A DNA stretch of 64,000 bases from Leucoraja ocellata. Taxonomy: Eukaryota. Positions 50,340-61,062 of this stretch are shown piece after piece (positions within the stretch are counted from its first letter, which is position 1; every line of letters begins with the position of its first letter). Location: assembly GCA_036785375.1 (NCBI GenBank), contig JAWMAR010000073.1, positions 372,001-436,000 of the forward strand. The letters run 5' to 3'. Both the position numbers and the translations under genes were made by a program. The notes beneath the pieces are model-generated. The model searched no databases. It saw nothing but the letters and a program-made list of their open reading frames with translations, and was not told the origin of the DNA.

Positions 50340-52660
50340 TTCTGTAACAGGAATGCAACTGTTGCTTTATCGCAGAACTACCTGTATCAGAAAATAGCTG
50401 AAGGAGAGCTGCAGTTTATTGACCGATGGATTGTAATTGATTATGCAACCACAAAGAAAATCAAAATACAATTCTGGGGAGAACAGCCTTGACCCTGCTA
50501 ATGTCTAAATTCCCTCACAGGGACTCATTCCCCACACCTGCTCTGTATTTCTGTTTATCCATTACAAAGGTCTATCGGCACAAACCCTGTCTGATTCACA
50601 GTGACCTTACATCAACTGGCATTTAAACCACTCCCACATGTCAGACTTGCCCAATATCAACTGCTCCTAACATTATAATTGACCATACTTCAATTTAGCA
50701 CCTTCCTGCAAGGTATAGACTTATCCCTATTCAAATCAATCTTAACACTTATGGATTTGTGATCACTAGCCCCAGAATGCTCTTCCACTGAGACAACGGT
50801 CAGCTGGCCATGCTCATTTCCCAACACAAGGTCAAGTATGTTCTCTTCTCAGGTTGGACACACACTGTTTCAAGAAGCCCTCCTAGATACACCTAACAAA
50901 TTCTTCTCTGTCTAAGCCTTTGACACTGAGCAGGCCTCAGTCAACATTGGGGAAGTCCCCCACGAATACAATCCTGTTGCTTTGGCCTTTTTCGGTAATC
51001 TGTCTACAAATCAGTTTCTCTATCTCCCGCGTGCTGTTGGGGGTCTATCATACATTCCCATTACAGTACAAACACCTTTCTTATTTTTAAGTTCTACTCA
51101 TTTCACCTCAGTGGACCACCTCTCCAATATGTCCTCTCTGAGTACCACCACGCCAGTCTCTCTGATTAGGAAAGTAACTCCTGCACCTCTTTCCCCTTTC
51201 CCTCACGTCTGAAACATCAAAACACTGTAACATTAAGTTGCCAGTCGTGTTGTTCTCTCAACTACGTTTCCACAATGGCCACAACATCATGGTCCCATGT
51301 ACTGATGCAAGCTCTAGGTTCATCTGCTTTCCCCACAATACTCACTTCAGCCAACCCATCAACGTCACCATATTCCTTCACTCTCCCTGCCTTCATTTGA
51401 GACTTACGGTCCTATCCTCTACCTTCCCATTAGTCCTTTCAATTTTTGACCTACTACTTTAGTTTAAGCTCTCCTGAGTAGCACTAACAAACCTCCCTGC
51501 AAGGATATTGGTTCCTCTTCAGTCCAGATGCAACCTGTCTCTCTTGTAAAGGCCATCTCTGCCGCAGAACAGATCCCAATGGTCTAAAAATGTGAAACCC
51601 TGCCCTGCATCAACATTTATATGTCCCATCTTCCTATTCCTACCCTCACTAGCAGGTGGCATTTGGGAGAAATCCCAACATTATTAACCTTGAGGTCTTG
51701 CTTTTTATTCTTTTGCTAACTCCCGACATTCACTCCGCAGGAACATATCCTTTTTCCTATTTATGTTATTTGTGCCAACGTGCACAATGACTTCCGACTG
51801 CTCGCCCTTCCTGAGAATGCTCTAGACATCCTGGGCCCTGGTACCGGGGGGGGGGGGGGGGGCACAGAATCTACTGCCTGCTCCCTAACTAATGAGTCTC
51901 CTATCATTATGGTTCTGTCTGACTTTTCCTTTCCCCACTGTGCTTCAGAGCCAGGCTCCAGAGCCACATGCCTGACCGCTGCTCTGTTTTACCACCACTG
52001 GCCTACTCAACAGTATCCACAGTAGCAAACCTGTTGTCGACAGGAATGGTCCCAGCTGTAAGGTGAGAGGGGGAAAGTTTAATGGAGACGTACGGGGCAA
52101 GATTTTTTACTCAGAGAGTGGTGGAGGCTTGGAACACATTGCCAAAGGTGCGAGTGGAAGCAGATACAATTGTGGCGTTTAAGAGTCTTTTGTATAAGCA
52201 AATGGAAATGTAGGGAATAGAGGGATATAGATCATGTGCAGGCAGACGAGATCAGTTCAGCTAGGGATCGCATTCGGCTCAAACATTATGGGCTGAAGTT
52301 CCTGTACTGTACTGTTTTCTGTTCTATGTCCACAAGGAGCTGCAGCTGAACGCTCTATCTGCAGGTATAGTCAGTCCTCAAGGGCATTGGTAATCCCCCT
52401 GACTTCCAACAGGAGGAGCATCCACTATCCCACCTGCCATCTCCATTGCACCAAGACGGTCGTACACACAAAAATACACCAAATAGACCTCTACCGTAAC
52501 CTGCCAAAACCCTCTGCTCAGCCATTTACCCTCAAACACGGCATTTCACCGCAACACACAGCCTTTCTCCCAACATGGCCGCTCGCAATAGGCATGTCTC
52601 CGTGCATCTCGCAGTGCCAATCAAATGGCTGTTTTTTTAAGTCCCGCCTCTCACTTTAGA
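50340..52660 (-). mobile_element. 5' half of a decayed CR1 (5'UTR, ORF1 with GDSL esterase motif, endonuclease), interrupted by a + strand CR1 3' end at about 52055-52330
   Basis: ORF 51761-51967 TIMIGDSLVRE, an SGNH/GDSL esterase motif known from CR1 ORF1. APE-like GDFPNVD at about 50940-50960. Confidence 0.6.
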
Positions 52661-53229
52661 AAAAAAACTTTAGATTTTGCAACCACCAACTTTGTTCTCA
52701 ATTTTTGAAGATAAAAAGAATAATAGATAATTGATTACCAGAAGACCAAAATCAGTTTCTGCATTAGACTGTAGTAAATTACAAAGAATCCGGAAGAAAA
52801 GTCAAAACGCCCAGCAGGTCAGGAAGCATCCAGGCAAAGATAAACAGTTAATGGTTCAGATATAACGAAAGATCTTTAACCTGAAGCGCTACCTCTGTTT
52901 ATCATACCACGGATGCTACCTGACCTGCTGCATGTTTCCACATCATCTATTTTTTAGTTTTCCTTTATCTGCTGTTTATTTTAGTTTTCAGGAGATCTTT
53001 AGCTATCCAGCTGAACACATCATTAAAATTCCATCCCTCAGGGAAGAAGCAGGAAATTGGGCTTCACCTCACGTCTGATAGGCTGCATCATTGGATACAC
53101 CTCTGCATTTGTTTATAGAATCATACAACACAAGGTGTAATTGAGGCCATTGTGACGTGCCCATCCAATTGGACTATTGTCTTGATCTTTTTTTCAGATC
53201 TCTGTAAATATTTAATTTATGCTGACCTA

Positions 53230-53450
53230 CTATTCCCTGTATACTAGTTCTATCCTACACTCTAGGGTCAAATCATAAAAGCCAATTAACCTACAAACCT
53301 GCACATCTTTGGGATGTGGGAGGAAACTGGAGCACCCAGAGAAAACCCATGCAGTCACAGGGAGAACGTACAAACTCCGTACTGGCATCTCCCGTAGTTA
53401 GGATTGAACCTGGGTCGCTGAAAGGCAGCAGCTTTAGCGCTGCCACCCTA
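53230..53450 (-). mobile_element. V-SINE
   Basis: gggatgtgggaggaaactggagcacccagagaaaacccatgcagtcacagggagaacgtacaaactcc...ggattgaacctgggtcgctg. Confidence 0.72.
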
Positions 53451-53703
53451 TTCAAATGTACATCCAATAATTTTGAAAGTTGTTACTGATTCCACTGTCT
53501 TTTTGGGCAATACTCTTCATCGTGCAACGAGAGAGCACTCGATGGAAGGATTCAGGTATATCCCATCAGCAACTAGGGTGCCCTCAGATGCCAATTTAGC
53601 TTGTTCTATGAAGTGATTAAACCTTCACCACAATTCCTCTTTCAAAGCAGGAAGGAGATTGGTTGCTCGACAAACATGCACAACAAATCTAACAGACACT
53701 TAC

Positions 53704-53853
53704 TCTTTTCCTTTGGCCACTGCCTGTCTGCCTTCTTCACAGAGCTGATGGGTTACAGCTTCAAGCAGTTTGGGGAGGTTAGACTCCTCGTCCTTCATTT
53801 CACTGTGTAACTTTGCTGTCCCACGTCTGACCAACTCAGACACTAGCGTTGCC
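53704..53853 (-). CDS. CDAN1: CDAN1 coding exon
   Basis: Encodes ATLVSELVRRGTAKLHSEMKDEESNLPKLLEAVTHQLCEEGRQAVAKGK. Splice sites ttcctag and gtaagt. Phase 2 to 2. Confidence 0.9.
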
Positions 53854-54074
53854 CTAGGAAACGGAGTAAAGGCCATCATTTAAAATTACTTTTACTGCTG
53901 TTTAACAAAATAAGGACAGCACCCAAAACATATCAACCTAGTCCTCTTATTTTTGTTGTGAAGTCATGTCCAAAGTGTGGTGGAGTATTGTGTCCTGACG
54001 AAATGCTGGAATAGAAACTTATAGCACAGAACGGGCCATTTTTACTTCAATGCCAACTGTGATGCCAGATGATG

Positions 54075-54447
54075 TTACAATGATACAATTTATTTGTTGT
54101 CATTTGAACCTCATTGAGGTTCAAACAAAATTTGGTTTCTGCAGTCATACACACAAGAAAAAGAACCAACACAGAACACAATTTACACAAACATCCATCA
54201 CAGTGAATCTCCTCCTCACTGTGATGGAAGGCAAAGTCTTATCTCTCCCCCTGCACTCCTCATTCTCCTCCCGATGTCAGAGTCAAAGCCCCCGGCGGGC
54301 GATGGTAAGTAAGTCCTGCGGCCATTAAAGCCGCACCGGGCGATGCAAGGCCACGCTCCGGCTCTTGGTGTTGGAGCCCACAGCGGGCGCTAGCAAGTCC
54401 CGCAGCCATTTAAAGCCGCACCGGGCGATTTAAGGCCCTGCTCCAGG
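54075..54447 (-). mobile_element. Non-autonomous retroelement of the stem-loop family, with a GC-rich duplicated unit
   Basis: ccatcacagtga...tcactgtgatgg hairpin, tttgaacctc-att-gaggttcaaa hairpin, and two copies of gccatt(t)aaagccgcaccgggcgat. Confidence 0.65.
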
Positions 54448-55140
54448 TAATTTTCAATTGTTGATCCAATGCTATGCCTTCTGTCCAGATAACTGCCCAA
54501 ATCCCTTTTAAATGTTATAATATTATCTGTCTCCAGAACCATCTCTGACTATAAAACCGTCATCCTTTGTATCAAAAAAGTAACCCTCAGATCTCTTTCA
54601 AAATGTTCACCTTAATGCTACGTTCTTTACTTTTGGTTCCTCATTCCCTGGGAAAAGATTCTAACTATTTATCCTGTCTCTGCCCCTTATAATTTTGTAA
54701 ACCACTATCAGGTCACTCCTTAACATTTCAGTAAGAGTATGCCTTCTGTTCCTGCACTCTCTTCATTGCTCACACATCCTTCCTGTGGAGTGGTGACCAG
54801 AACTGTGCACACTACTCTTAGTAACCACTAAGGTTGCAACATGATGTCCCAGCTTTTCTAAGTAATATCTCAGCCTATGAAGACAAGTACACTAAATGAT
54901 ATATTCACTATCCTATCACCCGTGTCACCACTAGTTATGAACTTGCACCACAAGGTTCCTCGGTATATCAACACTCCTCAGATTCCTTCCATGTACTCTA
55001 CATGCCCTGCCACAATTTGACCTCCCAAAATGTATTCCATCACACATGTCTGGATTAAATTCCTTTTGTCACTGCTCTGCTCAACTTTCCAACTGAGAGT
55101 TCTTTGCTTCAAGTACATATAATAATACCGTACTCGGTTA

Positions 55141-55880
55141 TAGGGTGATTTCACCAAAGGTCAAATGAGCGTAGATCCCCCCTCACGTGACCGAAAATTT
55201 TAACTGGAGGACATCTCTCAGTTTGGTACATGTAAGTGAATGGGGAAACACGCACTTTCCCACCCGTTAAAAACATGGAAAACGGCCGATTTTTGAGCTG
55301 AAATTTTCTGTGCTAGTCGGGGTGACCGTGAAGCACAGCGACATAAATTTTCAGGCAAAAAAAAAGATAGTAAGTAAGGTAATTACAAGAGGGAACTGAA
55401 GGTAGAAAGCGGCGGAAGTGAACAGCTGACATTTGCCGTGGTGATTTTAAGATCCAAAATATCGGGAATTATCGCGTTTGCTCGCTGAATTTCATCAAAA
55501 CTAAGGCATTATTAACTTACTTTTGATGAAATTCAGCGAGCAAACGCGATAATTCCCGATATTTTGGATCTTAAAATCACCACGGCAAATGTCAGCTGTT
55601 CACTTCCGCCGCTTTCTACCTTCAGTTCCCTCTTGTAATTACCTCACTTTCTATCTTTTTTTTTGCCTGAAAATTTAGGTCGCTGTGCTTCACGGTCACC
55701 CCGACTAGCACAGAAAATTTCAGCTCAAAAATCGGCCGTTTTCCATGTTTTTAACGGGTGGGAAAGTGCGTGTTTCCCCATTCACTTACATGTACCAAAC
55801 TGAGAGATGTCCTCCAGTTAAAATTTTCGGTCACGTGAGGGGGGATCTACGCTCATTTGACCTTTGGTGAAATCACCCTA
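55141..55880. mobile_element. Fold-back MITE / 740-bp near-perfect palindrome
   Basis: Arm 55141-55505 is the reverse complement of arm 55516-55880, with about 4 mismatches by eye. 10-nt spacer gcattattaa. Ends tatagggtg...caccctata. Confidence 0.92.
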
Positions 55881-56313
55881 TACTGGACAATCGGCAATGA
55901 CGGGCACCATTCCACTCCTCTTCCCCATGGTGCATTATATTGAAGGTTTACTGTATATTAATAACCCTGCAGGCAGACATGCAATTGTTAAATGCATTTA
56001 AGGTTGCATATTTTGGTGGGAAATACATGGGAGCAGAGATCTGGATACTGCATGTGCACATATCATTTACGATAGAGGTGCAAGCTTGCCAAAGCATAAC
56101 ATTTTATTCCTCAAAGTGCAAACAGCCTGTGCAGTGGCTTCCCACAGATCATCCTACATCCTGGTTGCCTTTACATCAGGTCTTTGCGATTCTGTCCTGA
56201 CATGCTGTTGAGCAAACAGTTGATGCTGATTTATAAGGAATGCGAGTTATTATTAGCAAAAGAAACCTCACAGTAATGTTCTGCCCCTAATGTAACTGTT
56301 TTATTTCACTTAC

Positions 56314-56417
56314 TTAATATGCTTCACACAATTAGATCCAACTCGTTCAGCCACAAACTCCACTGTTTTGCGAAGTGAGGGGGGTTGATTATGAAAAAAG
56401 GCTTCCTCCAACTCTGC
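56314..56417 (-). CDS. CDAN1: CDAN1 coding exon (Codanin-1 C domain)
   Basis: Encodes [35 protein letters not shown], the hallmark codanin-1 segment. Confidence 0.95.
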
Positions 56418-57684
56418 CTAAACAAGAAACAAAAATGTATATACAGATTAGTTTGTTATATACACCATGGTGCAATGAAATTCCTTGTTCGCATGTAGCT
56501 CATAAATCAGAATGTACATACAGAAATGCTAAATACAATGATAAATAAGGTTATAGTACAATTGGAAATAGCACAACAAAATTAATTACAACAGTGGCAT
56601 AACCAAATATAGTTAAAGTAGATACAAGATAAATTATATATATTTGGTGTGATGCAAAATTCTTCCAATTTAGTTAATACCACACTCAATGAACAATACA
56701 ATCTATTCACTAAGTTGAATGCCTGCTGTGATAGTTTACCAGTTAATGCATTCACTGTTCACATGATACAATGTCCTTACAGAACACATTATCTGTTAGT
56801 CTGTGTTAACTAATATCAGTTGCAGCAGTGAGTTTGCTAAATTGATCACGGGGACCTCAAGGAATTGTGTCATTCAAGGCAATGCTGGAAACATTAATAC
56901 TAAATCATGAGGATGGAACATTCACTTAGGTTCTGGGAAATTGACAGAGCCCAGCTTGAGCCAGGGGAGAACAAGCAACAGTCTCTAACCTTCCATAGCA
57001 GTGAAAGTTTACCAAGACAAAGAGAAAACAATGCGGTCGAATAGGGAGCAGGAAATAAGAGAGATCTTTATATTTCCAGAACAAAATGAATCAAAGTTGC
57101 TCTGAGAAATTTAAAGCTATTAAAGTCTATCGTGAATAAACCCAATATTCCAAATATTTCACTATTGAAATATCTGGCATCAGTTATATTCAGTCAATCA
57201 GTTATATTCAGGTTAGTCCACGTATGTATGAACTGAATCTGAGCCTATCAGAGTATAATATCATGGGGTAGAGGTGATCTGACTGAAATGTAATGGATTT
57301 GATCGTGTGGCTGCTGAGTGTATGTTTTCCTCTGTTGAGCTATTAGGACTAGGGGAAGCAGGGTTTCAGAATAAGGATTCACTCATTCAAAATTGAGATG
57401 GTTGAGATTTTTAGGAGAAATTTATTCTCAGACAGTTGTACCTCTTTGGAATTGTTCACCCAAAAGAGGTGTGGAGGCGGGAAGCAAGATAATGCCAGAT
57501 GTTTAAACTACAAGGGAGTCAGGGGGTATCGGGAGAGTGGGGGAAGAAGGCGAGACCAAGACTGGCATAGACGTGATCATACTGAATAGTGGAGCAGTCT
57601 CAAGGGACTTTTTGTTATGTTCTTATTAATGAATGCAGGCAGCACGTACTCTGCAGATGTCAGATGCAAGAAGCAAGGTATTAC

Positions 57685-57818
57685 CTGGAGTTTCTGCTGT
57701 GACTGTGATGAATCTGGCACTACAGGCTCTGCTGAAGTTGGTGTGATCTTTCTCATATATCCTCCATTTTTTATCCCATTACCAACTACATAGGAAGCCA
57801 ACAACTTGCGTAACTCAC
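57685..57818 (-). CDS. CDAN1: CDAN1 coding exon
   Basis: Encodes ELRKLLASYVVGNGIKNGGYMRKITPTSAEPVVPDSSQSQQKLQ. Canonical AG/GT. Phase 1 to 0. Confidence 0.92.
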
Positions 57819-58404
57819 CTGCAATACAAAGCCACATGAAGTCTCATCACAATTAAGATTAATGAATACATCATTAGCAGATAGAGACCACACAAGGCCA
57901 AAGATAAGCATCTTCTTACGTGGCTTGCTCTTCTGTATAGTATACGTCCAAAGTATTATCTCAGTTGTTTTATCTCCACAAGCACTGCCTGAGCTGTTGA
58001 GCATTTCCTACACCCATAACCTGCATTCCACCACAGCTTTAATATAATAACAAGGAACTGCAGATGCTGCTTTATACCAAAGACAGAGAGAGGTGTCAGA
58101 GATAGTCCAGATGAATTTGAGTGTAAGGTGGAAGTTACTGGTGAAATTAATTACATTAACATGGTGCAGGAGGCAGCCCTATGCATCATCGATGTAGCAT
58201 AGATAGAGTTGGGAGATGGTGCCAGTGTATGCCTGAAACAAGGACTGCTCAATGTAAAAGACAAAAAGGCAGGCTTAGCTGGGGCCGATGTGAGTGCCCA
58301 TGGCTACACCTTTAACTTGGAGAAAGTGAGAGGAGTCAAGAGAGATGGTGCTGAGGCTCAGGGCAAATTCTGCCAGACAGAGGAGAGTTTAGTAAATGGA
58401 AATT

Positions 58405-59102
58405 GATTGGGTCCCTCCTCACCTTGCCTCACCTGGATTCTCACCGATTTCCCTCCCTCCCCCTCCCCCTCCATTCACAATTTGCAACTCTTCAAGCTGT
58501 CTGTTCGCACCTTCCGATTTAATCTCTGGCCTTTGTTTCAACCACGTCTATCAAAAGCTCCCTCCCTTTGTCCACCCATTAGGTGCCGCTCTTTGTTCAA
58601 GAAGGAACTAGATGTTGGAAAATCGAAGGTACATATTCATATTCCGCATATCCCTCATATTCCGCTTGGGGAGCCTGCATCCGGGGGCATGAACATTGAA
58701 TTTTCCCAATTTTGTTAGCCCTTGCTGTCTCCTCCTCTTCCTTAGCCCTCGAGCTGTCTCCTCCCATCCCCCAGCCCTCGGGCTCCTCCTCCTCCTTTTT
58801 CCTTCCTTCTCCCCGCCACCCCCTATCAGTCTGAAGAAGGGTTTTGGCCCAAAATGTTACCCATTTCCTTCGATCCATAGATGCTGCTGCACCCGCTGAG
58901 TTTCTCCAGCTTTTTTGTGTACCTTCGAGGTGCCACTCTTTGTCTTGCTTCACCTCTCACTCAGCTCCCCCCCACCCCGCAATCAGTCTGACCCAAAAAA
59001 TTACCTAGGTATGTTCTCCAGAAAGGCTGCCTGACCTGCAGAGTTTCTCCAGCACTTTGTGTCCTTTTGTACAAACCAGCATCTGCAGTTCCTTGTTTCT
59101 AC
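58405..59102 (+). mobile_element. Penelope 3' repeat with a younger Penelope insertion nested at 58597-58927
   Basis: Duplicated target aggtgcc(g/a)ctctttgt at 58581-58596 and 58928-58943. Inner copy has IFRLGSLHPGGMNIEFSQF and inverted tcgaaggtaca / tgtaccttcga ends. Confidence 0.78.
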
Positions 59103-60120
59103 TTATTTTCCTGTAACCCTAATGTGAATAATTTGTGCCCCTAGATTTGTTACTTTACCCATTGAAAACATTTCCAAAGAAATGTGGCCTTATTCTTCCC
59201 AGCAGAATGTATTCTACCGATAATATGTCTTCTGAGTTGGGAATCATTTCTCCACAGCCCACAAAAGCAAACCTTAGAGCAACTGGCTATGAAAGGCCTA
59301 TTGTAAATCTGAAAACGCATCATTCACCCAAGGGCATGCAAATCAAAGGTGGATTTTTAAAAACCTGCGTAACAGAAGGAATGTGAAGCTAAGGGAGGTA
59401 AATGGGTTTGAATAACCAATCAGCCAAGATCAATTTAAATGTTGCACAAGTTCAGAGTACTGAATGCCTTTTTCCAATTATCAAAGAGGAAAGATTACAC
59501 ATAAAGGGCACATAAGAAAGGAGGAATCTCAACTTCATCAGTAATCAAAAATAAATTCTAGCGATCATGTTCCCTTGCCATTTACTTTCTGACGTGTTAT
59601 AGATCACCCTGCATATTGACCAGGGATGTTCCAGTTTTAAAGGGTCTCGATCCAAAATGTCAGTCATTCCTTCTCTCCAGAGATGCTGCCTGACCCGCTG
59701 AGTTACTCCAGCATTTTGTGTCTATCTTCAGTTTAAACCAGCATCTACAGTTCCTTCCTACACGTGCTCCAGTTTAGTCTATTTAGTTATCTGTGAGGAA
59801 GCAGGGAACGGTAAATCCGAATGAGCACCCCACTGTCATCGGAGATCTCATCAGTAAGCGTGCAGAGGTCAAATGCCAAATAAGTCAATTCAAGTGCTCC
59901 CCAACCAGAAAGCATGGATTAACTGTGAGAGCCACTCCCTAGTGAAGACCAAGTCTGAAGTGTTCAAGTTGCCCAACCTGTACAGAAAATGTAGGTATGA
60001 CTTTTGCAATAATCCAAGAGACAATTCCAGGCCCAGCTGCAGGCTTGTATGCTGCAACAAACTATGCAGCAAAGCCAGGCCAAATCACTGGCAATATCAC
60101 ACCCTTCCTCAACAAGCTCA

Positions 60121-61062
60121 ATTTGATTTGATTTGATTCCTTTATTGCCATTCAGACATTTTGGTGTGAACGAAATTTCGTTGCCTGCAGTCATACACAA
60201 TAAATAACAAAACATACAATAAACACAAATTAACATCCACCACAGTGAGTTCACCAAGCACCTCCTCACTGTGATGGAGGCAAAAGTCTCAGTCTCTGTC
60301 TCTTCCCTCCTTGTTCTCCCTCTGCGCTGAGGCGATCGATCCAGGCCGAAGATGCCGCCCTCCAGTCCAGCGGACCTCCGTAGTGATGTCGCCGCTGCCG
60401 AAAGTCGGAACGCCGTCTCCGCTCCGAGTCGGGCCACCGCTGCCTCAGCTCCGAGTCCCGCAGCCTCAGCGAGTCGGGCCACCACTGCCTCCGCTCCGAG
60501 TCCCGCTGTCTCAGCTCCGAGTCCCGCTGCCTCAGCGAGTCGGGCCACCACTGCCTCCGCTCCGAGTCCCGCTGTCTCAGCTCCGAGTCCCGCTGCCTCA
60601 GCTCCGAGTCCCGCAGCCTCAGCGAGTCGGGCCACCACTGCCTCCGCTCCGAGTCCCGCTGTCTCAGCTCTGAGTCCCGCTGCCTCAGCTCCGAGTCCCG
60701 CTGCCTCAGCTCCGAGTTGGGCCACTGTCGAAAGCTGGAACGCCGCATCAGCGAGTTGGGCTGCCGCCGCCACAGCCCCGAAGTCGGCCAGCCTCGGGTT
60801 GTAAGTCCTGGCTAGTTCTGCCTCCGGAGCCTCGAGGTCGGTCGCAGTTGGAGACCGCCAGCTCCGCCATTAGGCCTCAGCGCAGACGGAAGCAGAGAAG
60901 GGGGATACGACAAGAAAAAGTCGCATTCCCCCGAAGGCAGAGACAAAAAAACATGTTTCACCCCCCCATAACATAACCTAATAAACTAAAATTTGACTAA
61001 AACAAGACAAAACAGACGGACTGCAGGCGAGCCGCAACTGTTCAACAGCGCCACCGCCATTT
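60121..61062 (-). mobile_element. Apparently full-length non-autonomous retroelement (about 940 bp) inserted into a decayed Rex-type LINE (about 59850-62260)
   Basis: 5' end aaaatggcggtggcgc, a LINE-like 5' leader. 3' stem-loop, AATAAA and (atcaa)n tail. The flanks continue as Rex-like RT relics (EYRKELKGLVSWHHDNNLSL). Confidence 0.7.
60415..60730. repeat. GC-rich minisatellite, 21/24-bp units with higher-order structure
   Basis: Units gctccgagtcccgc(t/a)g(c/t)ctca alternate with gcgagtcgggccaccactgcctcc. Confidence 0.9.

Noticed and set aside
60415-60730. CRISPR-like array
   Set aside because: Eukaryotic context, no unique spacers and no cas genes. It is a minisatellite.
59964-60804. Ala-rich 269-aa ORF and overlapping repeat ORFs as a new gene (antifreeze- or elastin-like)
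   Set aside because: They arise from a stop-free minisatellite inside a dispersed repeat within a CDAN1 intron. The longest has no ATG start and no splice support.
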